A DNA stretch of 64,000 bases, from contig CM052816.1 of NCBI GenBank assembly GCA_028534125.1, positions 69,876,001 through 69,940,000 of the forward strand. The letters run 5' to 3'. Each line of letters starts with the position of its first letter. The first letter of the stretch is position 1. The notes beneath the pieces were generated by a model. That model was not told where the DNA came from and made no database searches. It saw only the letters and a list, made by a program, of their open reading frames with translations. Below are positions 51,083 to 64,000 of this stretch, piece by piece. This DNA comes from Lama glama. Taxonomy: Eukaryota. Position numbers and translations under genes: made by a program.

Positions 51083-51645
51083 TTTTTAAAAATTGAGACA
51101 TAATTGACACATAACATTGTATTAGTTTCAGGTGTACAACATAACAATTCAATCTTTGTGCATAGTGCAAAATGGTCATCACGATAAGTCTGGGTTAGTG
51201 TCTGTCACCATGCATAGTTACCGTTTTTTTTTCCTTATGAGAACTTTTAAGATCACTACCATACTGTTTTAGTTACTAAAGCTTTGTGATATAACTTGAA
51301 ATTAGGAAGAGTGATGCTTCCAGCTTTGTTCTTCTTTTTTAAAATTGCTTTGGCTCTTTACTGTCTTTGTGATTTGATACAAGTTTAATCTGTTTCTGTG
51401 AAAAATGTCATTGGAATGTTGAAAGGGATTGTATTGAATCTGTAGATTGCTTTGGGCAGCGTGAACGTTTTAACAATATTAATTCTTCCAATCCATGAGC
51501 ATAGAGTATCTCTCCATTTATCTGCTTCAATTTCTTTTATCAGTGTCTTGTAGTTTTCAATGTATAGGTCTTTCCCCTCCTTGGTTAAATTAATTCCTGG
51601 GTATTTTATTCTTTTTGAAGTAATAATAAATGGGGTTGTTGCCTT
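51083..51645 (-). mobile_element. L1MA-type fragment with internal deletion (3' UTR end fused to ORF2)
   Basis: ORF 51385-51735 ([11 protein letters not shown]...[11 protein letters not shown]); flanking repeat tatt(g/t)ttctttcttt. Confidence 0.85.
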
Positions 51646-54509
51646 ATTTTTCTTTCTTTCTTGTTTACACCTTACACACTCCCTACAGTCGATCTTGTAT
51701 GGGTAGAGCCCCATTTTGGCCAGATCCAGAGTCACATGGTTCCTTTATTTTATTTATTCTCTTTATTCTGTATGTTATTTCAAGTATGTGTCACTACTCA
51801 GCTGCCCTTTCCTCCTTTTCCTAATTGTAGTCACAGGGCTATCATTGCCAGGAAGAGCATCTACATTCTAATTAGATGGAAATGTGCAATAACATCCAGT
51901 TGGATAATTCTCAACAAATCTCTCCTATGAGTGGAGTTATTTGGCACTCAGCTTCCCTGGTGGGCTCATCAGATAAGTAATGTCATTTAAAATAGAATGT
52001 GTTGGGGGCATTTGGAAACCATCCCTCCCCTCAACATCTTCCAAACCAGGCTTTGATTTCCATGATTTATCATATACAAGTTGGGAGTTTTAACTGATGA
52101 CTTGTTGGAACAGGAATAGATTAGGAAGGGCTTCCCAAAAAGAAGGCTCTGAGCAGCCTGGAGGCTGGGGGCCAGAGCCAGGGTCCTCTGTGAGAGCAGT
52201 TACACAAGTTAGATTCTTTGCGGCTCACGTGAAACATCACCTCTGTAGCCCACACACCTATGTCTACAGTGGTGGCTCTTCAGTCAAGAGCCCAGGTATG
52301 TTCAGGGGTTTGTTAGGTTCCCCAAATTAACATGTCTGCCAAAAGGGCTCCTGCCAAAAGTCAGGATGAGGAACAGATATTTTTGAGAGGTGGTTTAATG
52401 CAAGGGAGGCTCTTTTCAACATTTCCAAAATTGTGTTAGAAATGAAACATTTGTTCCTGATAAGGCTGCCTAGGCTATTACTCAACAAAAAGTATATTTA
52501 CTTAATTTTCAAAAATCTTTCCAAATAACTGACTCAACTGTGATCTGGAAAACTTAATAAAAGAGATTTTCAGTGGTGAACGGTTTGAGAGGCCCAATCT
52601 GAAACACAGGCTGACTTTGAGTCTACAAGCACCATCCTGTATTAAGCACCTAGATCACCAGAAAACTAATTCTTGGATCGTGTTTCTCCTGGAGAATCAC
52701 CCCTACAGAATCAAGCTTTAAAAGAACTTCAGATAGGCTGCTGGTGTGGAGGGGCGGGGATACAAAAAAGCTGTCACTCTCTCTACTTATGTGTGTGTGT
52801 GTGGGTATGTATTTAGAACTTCTGTGGTGATATTGCATACCACGTCTGTCATATACAAACTGGTGACAAATTTTAAGTTTAGTTCAGGGCCAAGAAAAAT
52901 GTTGTCTAGTCTCATAAACTGATTGCTATGTTCCTACTGGACAGTAAGAATTCTATAACCCACTGGATTTTCCATTAGATTTCAGTCCATTAACACCCAA
53001 GACAAAGATCTGGGCTCCATTACTGTTTTCATTTTTTTGGCCAGGGCTTCTCAGTATGATTGTTCCCCTTTAAACTTGCTAATTTTTTTTCTCTTGTGTT
53101 TATAGTTTTTGGTTTTACTGTACCTAAGCTTTTATCCTAAGCAATCTCAAATCCTTTCAGGAGGTAGATCAGGTGAAAAATTATGTGAAGTAGCCTGTTA
53201 TTAATTTGGTCTTGGGCTCCAAAGTCATGCCCAGGTATGGACATATTTGTTTCAATGCTTGAAGTGACCTTACTGATGGATGTCGTGCTGTCCCTCATGT
53301 ATGTGAACCGAATGTGCTGGAAGTGCTGGGATGAAAATGGAAACATGTTGAAACCACTTCTTTTGCTTTAAACCAAAAAATAAAAAAAAATCCCAAACAA
53401 CATGACCCTCTCCTGTGTATACTACTAGATGGCCCGGACCACCCTCCACAGGGGGCCTGCACACAGGAGGGCCTTAGGCTGGTCAGTGGAACGGCCATGA
53501 GCCTATGATGGACAGGCCTCACCTCCTTCGGCAATTCTATTTCTCTGACCCACTTAAAGGAATCCCTGATTCCTGGTTGCTTCCCAGCAGGCTACTCTGC
53601 CTGCTTGACTGTTGAAAGATGTAGAGCTTTGTGATTTGTTGCATCTCAGGGCATCTCTGAGGCAGGTCTTCTGACCACCCTGCTCGCAGCCGCCCACTTC
53701 CTCTCCCCTCCAGCAGCTGTCCTGGTGTCCTGCTGTCATCTTCGCTGTACACAGCCAGACAAGCAGTCTCTCTGTAGTGAGCATCCTTTCAGTGTCGGTA
53801 AGCTGGCTGCACTCCAGGACCTGGGTAGACAGATACAAGAGAACAAGCTTGGGAACCAAATGTGGGCAGGGGGATGGCATCAACACAGAGCCCTTCACTA
53901 GTGAGCATCAAGGAAGGATGATAGGAGCATCTTCTCCCTCAGTAGATGACCTTTTAATTCTCCGTCTCTGTAAGTGCTTTGCCATCAGGGGAACTAGTGT
54001 GGCAGTGTCCTCTAAAGCTACCTGTTTTCTTCAAGGATCTGTTTGTTTGCAGACTCAGAAATGTTCTTACTAGCCCTATAAGCCTGTGGCTCCTGGCAAC
54101 CTGGACCCAGACCCTAGATTCCAAAATCAGTGACTGTAGCACTAAGTAAGCAGAGGCTGATGCTGACAATGCAGACAGAATTTGCAGGCACATGGTAAGC
54201 TTCAGAGTAAGGGATGTGGAGAGCAGAGGAGCAAGATGACAACTAAAGCCCTCCTAGTCTGTCTGTCAGGATGAATGGAGAGGGATGACAGGCTTTTCTT
54301 TACAAAACTGGCACGAGGGAAATTTTGGAGGTCAAGCAGGAAGCCACACCACAGATCCTGGCCTGGGGAGCCATCCACTGTGGCTGAAGTAGGAGCTCAG
54401 AGTCTGTAATCCTGGGGCATCCTGCAAGTGCAAGGCAGGGAGGGCACGCTGGTAGTGCTTGTCAGCAGAAGACAGGAATGAGGAACAAAACAGGGAATGG
54501 TGAGACGCA

Positions 54510-54930
54510 TGTAATTGCCATTTGCCATTTTTCAGCTATCTAGTACATGATCTTCATTTCTGTGTTCGAGAAATCCCCTTCCTAAAGGTTGGAAAACCCC
54601 CTTTGCTAGCCTTCCTTGCAGCTGGAGTTTGGGCATGTGACCTAAGGTGGGTCCCTCAGATGCATCAACCCAACTTTTAAACAGACAACCAGAGGTGCAA
54701 AGAAGCAGAAGCAGGAGAGATGCCGTTTGGTGACAGTGGTAGCGACAGCACCCACGTCCAGCTTCCTGTGGTCCATGGCGAAGCAGGAAGTGCTCACTGC
54801 TGAGTCCATGCTCCCGCCGGCTCCGAGCCCAGTGTTACTGAAAAGTTTGTGAGTTACCTCCTATTCTTTGAAAATGGTTCCTTTTCTGCTTAAGTCAGCC
54901 ATGGTTTCTGTTGCTTGCCAAGTGAGGCTT
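54510..54930 (+). mobile_element. ERVL LTR33-like solo LTR
   Basis: agccttccttgcagctggagtttgggcatgtgacctaagg; ccttttctgcttaagtcagcc...ggtttctgttgcttgc. Confidence 0.65.
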
Positions 54931-55884
54931 CAGGTGAGATGACACAAGTGCCCGCTGTCCCCTCACCCCACATACCCAACAGTTTGAATCCAATTCAGAT
55001 TTACAGCATAAGGTTCTTGATGCCCATATCCCAGCTCTGAGGGCTGAAGATTCAGCCAGGGGATCACAGGACAGGAAAGGGGGTGGGGGTGAAGCAGAAG
55101 AGTGGGCTGGAACAGGGACACATGATCTGGGCAAGTGGCAACATTACTCAGAGTTCAACCCCAGGAAGGCTTGAGAAGGCTTGAGGAGTGGGCAGGGCCG
55201 GGGGGCAAGTTCTTGGCTGTCAGATTTAGGAAGTTGAGGGTAAGGAATTTACCCTGAAGGAGGCCCAGATTGGTTGAGTGGGCCAACCCTGGGTTAATAG
55301 AGAAAAGCAGACCACTTTTCCTGATGAGGAAAGAAATGTGTCCACATCCTTTGCATTGGCCACCCTGGTAGAGAAAGACAAAACTCTATAAAAGAACATA
55401 CTCTTTTCTTCCCTACACTTGCGGGGTTAAAATTGGTAACTGGGGTCCAGCACATTAAAGCAGAAATCATGCAATCACCCACTGAGAGAATCTACCCAGT
55501 TCCCTTCAATCCAGAGCTGCCTGTGCACACACACGTTGGGATCTAAACAGTCTAATAGCGCCAGATGGCTCCCAAGGAGGCAAATTAATCAGACATGTCT
55601 CCAAAGGTATTATACTGCAGTTGGGGATTAAAAGTCTGAAAAGTTCTTTGGCAGAGTAGGGAGCAAAGGAGGCAAGGTTTTGTCTGAACTGGAAACTGGC
55701 TAAAGTTATAGCACAATCGGCCAGCCGAGCAACATTTTGGAGTCTGGGTTTAGACTAGGGGTCGGTGCTTGGCTACCCAACAGCTTGAAAGGAGACTCTA
55801 GCTATGTGTTCAGCCTTCCAGGATTTAGAAGAGTGGTGCAGGCAGTAGGGGGAGCATGACCTTTTCTAGAGGAGGGGAGATGAG

Positions 55885-56060
55885 TTCATTCACCCCTTCA
55901 TCCACTGATGAACTCATTAAACAAATATTTATTAAGCAGTTGATATACCAGGCACTGTGCCTGGGCCTTTGTCATTGAGATAATTATCTTAACCCACATG
56001 ATAACCCTGAGCTAGGTATATTGGCTAGCCCCATTTTACGGATAAGGAAGCAGAAGCAAT
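55885..56060 (-). mobile_element. L2 3' end plus MIR fragment
   Basis: acaaatatttattaagc...ccaggcactgtgc; ccccattttacggataaggaagcag. Confidence 0.6.
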
Positions 56061-57443
56061 ATGTCCAGATGGAGGGCATCAAGAGGCATAGCTATGCTGG
56101 TGTCGTCCGTGTGTCTTTGTGGGCGGTCCCCGCCTAACACGGGGAGTGTGACAGCTGGAAAAACAAGGCCCCTCTGTAGACTTCCTTGAAGTCAGTAAGG
56201 GTCAGGGTTGGTTTTGTGTCCCTAAAAAGTCACATGAAGTTCTTGGGCCCTTCCCAAAAAAGCAGCCTATCAAGTAAAAAGAAGATGTGAGGTTGTGTGG
56301 AGTTTAGGACTGAGTAATCTTCGCCAAACGATTGGAACATCCCAGGTAATAAGGATTTGCCTACTTCGCTTCAAGTCTGTCTGAACACCTTGTCCCCTCT
56401 CTAAATGGATGAAAACTTATAAATGGGACTCTTTTGATGTTCTTAAGCGAAATAAATGATGATATGAAACAGCAGATGTATGTGAGCGTTTTCTCACCCA
56501 GTGAGGAGCTCCAGAAATATTTTGTCTTCATTTAACATAGTTATATAAATATGTGCTGGTAGAATTTTTTTTCTGAGCCAAATACCCTGAAGTATTTTAG
56601 TTGTCTATCTCCAACTTCCTTGCTCCTGGACAATGTTGACCCCTGGGCTGCTTTGGCTGTTTATGTTCACCTGAAACTATGTTTTTGCAGTAGCTTTTAT
56701 TATATAGTCTGGCTGCATTGTCTGTCCAGTGATAAAGTGATGTTCTTATTGGAAGTAATGTAAGTTATAGCCCTGAGACCAGCAAAATCCACTCCTGTTT
56801 TTCCCCCTACATGCTTATTCCTGCAGGAGAGAAAGGAATGGGAACCCTACGCAGAATTCCCAGCCTTGGGGAAACTGGGACTTCCTCCCCAAAAGAGAAT
56901 TAGCCCTCATGACCAAGCACGGTGGCCTGTTTTCTTTTTAAACTTCCTATCTGATTCCCTTCACTTAGCAATGCCAATCAGTGGATTCGGGGCTAGAAAT
57001 ACATTTCTTATACAATGTTCAGATTTTCAGTGCATGACTTTCATCTGCTATTTTCCCTTATTTTGCTCCTTGGAAATGTAGTATTTTGGTCAGTCAGTCC
57101 TTCAGAGTATAACTGGATGACAAGTTCTCGTGGTTCATAAAAGAAACACACATTTCAAATGTATCATACGTTTCCTTTATGTCACAGATAAAACCAGTAC
57201 CACTAGTTATAGGTAAAATTCCATATGATTTTTTAAAATTAACTTAATTTTGGGGTAATTGTAGATTTATAGAAAAGTTGCAAAGATGGTACAGATGGAA
57301 GGTCTCTGCCCTTTACCCAGTTTCTCCTAAAGTTAACACCTTACTGTGGTGCATTTTTCAAAAGTAAGAAATTAACATCGACATATTGCTATTAACTAAA
57401 CTACAAACTTTATTTGGATTTCCAGTTTTTCCACTAGTGTCAG

Positions 57444-57813
57444 TGTCTTGGCCTGTTCAGGCAGCTGTAAAGGAATACCACAGACTGGGTGGCTTGTAAT
57501 CAACAGAAATTTATTTCTCATGGTTCTGGTGACTAGGAAGTCCAAGATCAAGGTGCTGGCAGATCTGGTGTTTAGTGAGGTCTGCTTCCTGTTTCATAGA
57601 CAGTCATCTTATTATAACTTTACGTGGTGGAAGGGAAAAGATAGCTCTCTGAAATCTTTTTTATAAGAGCACTAATCCTATTCATGAGAGCTCTGCCCTC
57701 AAGACTTAATCACCTCCCCAAGGCTTCACCTCCAAATACCATCACACTGGGGATTAAGTTTCAACATATGATTTTGGGCAGGGTAGGGAGACATAAACAT
57801 TCAGTCTATAGCA
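57444..57813 (-). mobile_element. MLT1A-like solo LTR
   Basis: TG...CA; ataccacagactgggtggctt...aagtccaagatcaaggtgctggcagat...acataaacattcagtctatagca. Confidence 0.88.
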
Positions 57814-58261
57814 GTCCAGTTTTAGTTCCAAGATCTAATCAGGATATCACATTGTATTTAGCTCAGATGATTTTAAAAACCTACTTTATTTGCCTGATTC
57901 TTGTTTTAATTCTGATAAAGTTTATTTATAATTTTCTCCTTGATCAATATTGCCAAAGGTTTGTATATTTGTGTCTATGTGTGTATAAACATACATACAG
58001 CAAGAGAGACATACACCTCAGTTTAAACTCCTTAATTCTGTAATTCAAATGTTTCAGAGCTTTATTGATTTCTTTGACCACTTGATTTATCAGTTTCTAA
58101 GAAAAATACGCTAAGTTTTCTACAATAATTATAGATTTTTTTTTTTTGCTGTTCTTTAAATTTTATTTCTTTTCTTTCCTATATTTTGAGGTTATGTTAC
58201 TAGGGGCATACGGGTTCAATTCCCAGTGAATTTCCTTTTACGGTATATAATGGCTCTTTTC

Positions 58262-58400
58262 ATCATGTAGTGGTTAAAATGATAGACACTTGAACCAGGA
58301 TACCTGCGTTCCAATCCCGGTATCACCACTTAGTAATCTTCTGAGTCTCAGTTTCCTCATCTGAGAAATTGAGATAATATATGTACGTCATAGAGTTATA
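58262..58400 (+). mobile_element. MIR SINE
   Basis: gtagtggttaa...gttccaatcccgg...ctgagtctcagtttcctcatctg. Confidence 0.8.
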
Positions 58401-58996
58401 GTAGTGAACTCATGTTCTCTTAAAACAATGTCTGTCATACAGAAAGTAGTAGCTATTAACAATATTAATAACATTAATAAGCATTTTGCCCTAAAATGTA
58501 TTTCATTTGATAATAATATTACCACTCCAGATTTCTTCTCAAAATTTGTTTGATTAGTGTATCTTCTCCATCCTTTTACTTTCAATCTGTTGGTATCACT
58601 AAGTTTTAGATGTGCCTCTTGGGTATAGCACCCAGGGGGACTGTATTTCTTCTATTTAACATGATCATCTTTGACTTAGAGATGGCAAATTTATTCTGTA
58701 CAGCTAGTTATTTAAATTACTACTGTAATTGGATTTGTTTTTTTAATTTTAGTTTGTGAGATAGATAAAGGTAGGTTTTTCTCCTTTTTTGCTGTTAATT
58801 GGATTCATTACGTTTTTCTTATTCTACCTTTTCTTTCTCTGCTAATCTGAAATTTATATATTTCTTGCCATTCTTACAATATTGTTCAATATTAAAATGC
58901 ATACTTGCCTTACCAATGTCTAAAATTAATTGATGTTACTACCTTCCTCCTGAGAAACTCTCTTCAACCCTCGTGTTATTATTGTCTAGTGAAGTA

Positions 58997-59212
58997 CAGT
59001 TGACCCTTGAACAATGTGGGGGATAGGGGTGCTGACCCTGTGCAATCAAAACCCACATAAAACTTCACAGTCATCCCTCCACATCCACGGTTCCACATCC
59101 ACAGGTTGAACCAACCACAGATCATATAGTAGTGTAGTACATATTTACTGAAAAAAGGCCATGTATATATAGACCTGTGTAGTTCAAACCCATGTTTTTC
59201 AAGGGTCAATTG
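58997..59212. mobile_element. Tigger2-family MITE (Tc1/mariner)
   Basis: TIRs cagttgacccttgaa / ttcaagggtcaattg; TA target duplication at 58995-96 and 59213-14. Confidence 0.92.
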
Positions 59213-60159
59213 TAGTTGCACCTTATTTTCAACCCTCTTAAATTAGACATTATTATTATTGTTTGTTTGTGTTTAACAGCCAATACTTGTTCACATATAC
59301 TTAGGCTTAAGAATTTATTCATCATCATTACCCACTCCTTCCTCCTTGGTTCAGTTTCTTTCTTAGAGAAAGGCATCCACTAGTGGTTATTTCAAAAAAC
59401 AGTTCTCAAATTGGCTTGAAAGTGTATTCATTTTACTTCAGTCTTAAATGATAAGTATAGAACTTCCGGGTAAATATATTTCATCAACATTTTAAAGATA
59501 TTATTACATCATCTCCTAGCTTCTGGCTTTTTTCATTATGAACATATCTCTATTAGTAGTCTGGTGTGTGTGTATAGAAATTCAACATGCCTAAGTTGTA
59601 GAAATATTGCTACAACAGAAATATCAGTTCCTAGGACTCCTTTTAACAATAACTTCTCACAGAAGCTCTCCCCTAGAGCCTTAGGCAAGTTTCTTGCTGC
59701 TGCTTTGGTTAGTAGACCTCTTACCATTCTTTCATGGAGATGGCAGTCTTTGCTGGGTTGAAAGTTTTCAGTTCTAGATCTCTGTCGTTTGCAAGTCCAT
59801 GGTCCCAGGTATTCCCACGTGGGCATTAGTGCCTCCTCCCTTCCAGCACCCTGTGTTTAGCATCCCAGTCATGGCCATCAACTCTGGCTGTAAGTTCTTC
59901 ATTCTTGGCTCAGACTTTACTTCTCCCCTTTTCACTCAACTATGTACTTAATATTTTTTGTTATTTTTTTTCTGGCCTGTTTATATGTTCATAGCTAAAG
60001 AGGAGTCTATATTATCTAGATCCACATGTTGTGGAAACTAGAAATTCCGTCACTGAGTTTGTATGAGTCTTACCTCTTTCTCATATCTATTATTCAAACT
60101 ATTCCTGAAATCCCTAAATCCCTGAAGTGTTTCCAGGTTTTTAAGGGGAGATGAGTAAG

Positions 60160-60410
60160 TCAATGTTTACTGAGCATTATGGATGAGGCCCTAGTCTAAG
60201 CACTCTATTTAGTCCATGTAAAAAAAAAAATCTACCAGAGAATTAAAAATTCTCTTAATTCATACTGTTATTATCCTGTTTTTCAGATGAAGACACTGGG
60301 GCAAGGGGAAGACAAACAACTTTTCCAGGGTCACACCGTTACGGCGTGATGGCGGCTGGGATTCAAATCCAGGTCTGTCTGATGCCATAGTTCATGATTT
60401 TAACCGTGGG
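60160..60410 (-). mobile_element. MIR SINE
   Basis: ttttcagatgaagacactgggg...caacttttccagggtcacac...ggattcaaatccaggtctgtctga. Confidence 0.85.
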
Positions 60411-60963
60411 TTTTGTTGCCTGATGCTCTGTCCCTGCCTTGTTAGACTGGCTATAGCTTTTCTTCCTCCTCTCTGCCAACTCATCCTTCCTCTACCCTGT
60501 GATTTTATGGCCTTCTATGATCATCGCTTCACTCCATGATCACCACAGAAGAGATTCCTCGTGTGCCTTTGTGTTTGTTTTTTCTCATTGATAAAAATGA
60601 AAAAGTTAAAGATGATGTTTAAGATTCTTTCCCACTCAGACACTCTGTATTGCAATCTATCATCCATCTACTTGCTCACTCAAAAAATTTAGCACTTGTC
60701 CTTACTATGATCACTTTTTTTTTTTTTTTTTTGCTTCTTGGATTGTTAATTTATAATGTGCTGGGATGACAGGGAAAAGCTGGAAAAGCTCTGCATTCAT
60801 GAGGGGAGCTGAGCAACACTGCACGCACATTGATGAGATCGACTTCAGTCCCACTTTATGTAATCGGCATAAGTCCCTGAAGTTCTAAGCAAAGTTGGGT
60901 ACTTTTTATGGATGGGGTTGAAGATAAAGGCGAGAGTAGAAGAAACTTCAAAGAGTGTATGCC

Positions 60964-61470
60964 TTTTACCAGAGAGTAGGTTCTTGTCTCATCATAGAAA
61001 GATTTTAAAGATGAGACATGGAGGTCAAGAAAGTAAAGTGAGGATTTATTAAGTGATAGGATGCTCTCAAGGGGAGAGCGGGCAGCCTTGGGTGAGTAGC
61101 TGTGCTGAGTTTCTCTGGCAAGCTGATTATATGGGTTGTAAAAATGAATGGGTGGAATATTCATTGCAGAAGAAGGGGTTTGGAGTTATATTTCCTGATT
61201 TTCATCCCAGCTCCACCTTCCCAAGGGGAGAAGGGATTTTTGTCCTTATTTAGACTTAATTGGAAGTGTCATGGCATTGGTGCACGGTGGGTACTTCTTA
61301 TCTGTAAGGCTAATTTTATTGTAATGAGCATATAATGAGGCTCAAGTTCTACTGGAAGTCAAATCTTCCACCATCTTGGGCCTAGTTGGTTCTGCCTAGT
61401 TTATATTCTATCCTCAATGGCTGTGTTATTTTTTTAATGACTGTGACCTGCCCTCTTCCCTCTTGTCTCA
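60964..61470 (-). mobile_element. ERV1-class solo LTR (MER41-like)
   Basis: Minus strand starts TGAGACAAGAGG; AATAAA on minus at ~61046-51; 4-bp flanks TGCC/TGAC; ~507 bp. Confidence 0.75.
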
Positions 61471-62039
61471 TGACCTGTTCTAAGCATTTATTCCCAGTAG
61501 GTATTTAGACACAACAGAGAAGGCAGTTTAGAAAGTCTTGGGAAACAGTATATATATGGGGAAAATAATTTGGAAATTTTTTTATGTGTTAATAATTATG
61601 CCATCTATCAGCTAGGCACTAAACTCTTTATTCAGTTGCTTCCTGATTTTGGCCATTCATATGAGATGTTTTGAGGAACTAAATGAGTTGTCCACTTCAA
61701 AATCCAGTCTAAATTAGCAATGTGCATGGACAAAAGAAAGCAAGAAAACTTTGTGTGTAGTAGCCTGTAGTAATGAGAACATGTAGCAAATAAAATACTT
61801 CTGGCATTGAGAGAATAAATACTATTTATTCTTTTCAATACCATAGGTATTGTCTCTTTCATTGTTAAGGAAACTTTTCTTTTCCCTGGGTAATGGACAT
61901 AACACTTTTTTCTTTGCTTTAAGCCTATTTATAAGACATTAGAATTAAGATCAAGATTTAGTTTTATAAAAGCATAGCAGGCAGGGCATTAAGCATTTAA
62001 TAAGCATTTAAAACCTAAATGCTCTGGTTATGGTAGCTC

Positions 62040-62392
62040 TGTGGTGAACCAAATTGTGTTCCCACTCCCAAATTCATACAGTGAAGCCCTAACTCAATGT
62101 GACTGCATTTGGAGATAGGGCCTTGAAGGAGGTAATTAAGATTAAGGTTAAATGAGGTCATAAGGGTGGGGCCCTGATCGAACAGGACTGTCCTTATAAA
62201 AAGAGAAGAAACCCCAGGAGCACATGTACGTAGGCAGCCACCTGCAAGTCAGGAAGAGAGCCCTCACCAGAAACAAACCCTACAGGCACCTGGATCTTGG
62301 TCTTCCAGCCTCCAGAACTGTTAGGAAATAAATTTCTGTCATGCCACCCAGTCTGTGGTATTTTGTAATGGCAGCCCTGGCTGACTAATGCA
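62040..62392 (+). mobile_element. MLT1B-like solo LTR
   Basis: TG...CA with perfect 5-bp TSD AGCTC (62035-39, 62393-97); typical MLT1B motifs. Confidence 0.92.
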
Positions 62393-64000
62393 AGCTCCTT
62401 TCCTTTTTATCCTAAACTATTTTTGTCAATTAAGGTATAATATTTTATCTAGGTAAGCAAAATACAATACAAGCAAATAAATGCTGAAAACAACCGATCA
62501 ACCTGAACTACATATACTGTGAGCAGATTTGCTTTTGTGACATAGACTATGTTGACACTGTATCCAGATGTGTTTAAAAGCACTTCAATTATTCCTCTAT
62601 TTTAAAAGTTACATGGAAAGCCTTTCTCACAGAGCAAAGCCTATTCTAAAAGCGTTAAAACTATAAATTTGAACAATTTTCAACTTTTTGAGAAATTAAA
62701 ATAATTTTTGTTTAATAAATCGCTGAGAATCACTTAACAAATTTAAAATTTTATAAAAACAGGTGTTCTTTTCTTCATATAGGGACTGGTCTAGTGTACC
62801 AGTGAGGGCAGTTGCTTTTAAGTGTGTATATTTGAATAGTAACTATTTGAGCAAGACCCCAACTTCTAACCAGTCCTTGGTCATGGACATCAGATCTAAC
62901 ATATGTACAGATGTTTATATTTGCCCCCTCAAATCAGAGGCATTTAGATTCTGACCACTCAGTACCACTAAGGAACTCTTCATCATAGTTAACATCTGCC
63001 TGATCTTCAGAATAGTGAGCCATTCCCACTGCCCATCCCTGCTCCGGGGAATGTGGTTTTCTTTTTATTAAATATAGCCAGGAAAATAAAAACTCTTCCT
63101 TAGCTCTAAGACTAGAATGGGACTTGGTGCTAGTACTGTGTCGCTAGAACTGAGTACATGCCGACGGCTTGTATTAGTGAATTGTCTGTAGGGGAGATGT
63201 GCTTCCATGGGGGACCATCATATTTTCATGAAGGAGGAAATGGGAAATGCTTTCCTTTTTGTAAAGAATAGAAATGCCACCTCATTGGAAGTCGTCTTCA
63301 GCGTGAGTTTGCTTTTTCCCATCAGCTCTCTGGGCTGGTTGGTGGCCTGTGGCAGAAGGCTCCTGGGGGAACCCCAGTCTGTCCTAACCACACTCCTCAT
63401 CTGCACTCTACCTCCTGACCTCTCTGGTTGTGCCTTGGTTTCTCTTTGGGGGCCAGCTCTTGGTAACTCTGTCATATTTCTCTTTATTGCTCTGGGACAC
63501 CTATAAGATGCTCCTGTGCCAAGAATTCACAAGACCAACTGATGTAATCCTTGACTCTAAGGGCTGATGGCTTATGCCTAATTTTCTCCAAAGCCTTAGC
63601 CAATTGGAGAATGACATTTTTGACCTTTTGGAGTGTTTATACTCTCCAGGGCACTAACATGGTCTGCCTCTGGCCCCTCTAACTAGCTCACCATGCAGTA
63701 GCACCAAATCTAGCTTGGAAGTGGCCAGTTTTTCCTCTGAGAAAGGTCTTTTATTTGGCTTTGTGATGGTGCCTATGGTGGGGGATGGGTTTGAGCACAA
63801 GTCCTAAATAGACATGGATGACCTACCTGTACGATAAGAAACTAGATTTTCCATCAGTATTCATGAATAATGAGGCAGATGTGCGATATGATTTGAAGTG
63901 TTTTTAAAATCTACTTAAATCACCTAAACCCCTACACATGCCTCTCCACTTAGTCCAGTGCTGGAAATTCCACCATGAGTTACTAGCTTAGGAAACACAG

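Larger units (their letters stand above)
57228..59530 (-). mobile_element. Old L1MC/L1ME fragments hosting MLT1A, MIR and Tigger insertions
   Basis: taattgtagatttatagaaaagttgcaaag; ccatccttttactttcaatct; ORF 58388-58585 (MKVKGWRR..., endonuclease-like). Confidence 0.7.

Noticed and set aside
1..64000. CRISPR array, rRNA, numt or processed pseudogene
   Set aside because: No regularly spaced repeats and no sequence I recognise as these classes

Overview
Mammalian nuclear DNA, most likely camelid: it carries tRNA-derived Vic-1-type SINEs and cetartiodactyl-type L1 3' ends. The window looks intronic or intergenic and is rich in repeats (L1 of several ages, L2, MIR, MaLR/ERVL/ERV1 solo LTRs, hAT and Tigger MITEs). 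I recognise no intact protein-coding gene; nearly all listed ORFs are L1 remnants or chance ORFs. There is no CRISPR array, rRNA or genuine tRNA. The best non-repeat signals are: (1) a compact CpG-retaining promoter at ~30.65-30.94 kb (two CCAAT boxes, GC box, TATA-like element, consensus + strand donor) that appears to be built on an ancient antisense MLT1 LTR; (2) a CRE/MYB motif module at ~45.65-45.70 kb; (3) a ~1-1.2 kb exon-like block at 18.75-19.99 kb with a 329-codon minus frame broken by only two stops, possibly a decayed gene I cannot name; (4) SOX and octamer motif clusters. Retrotransposition history is directly readable: a twin-primed (5'-inverted) L1, a multi-layer nested insertion around a full-length L1, an insertion with target-site deletion, and an exact 28-nt local duplication. 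Repeat family names come from my recall of consensus sequences, not a database search, and boundaries are approximate unless a TSD or TIR is quoted. I cannot support a claim of a wholly new biological system; the germline lncRNA/piRNA and pseudogene ideas are hypotheses.
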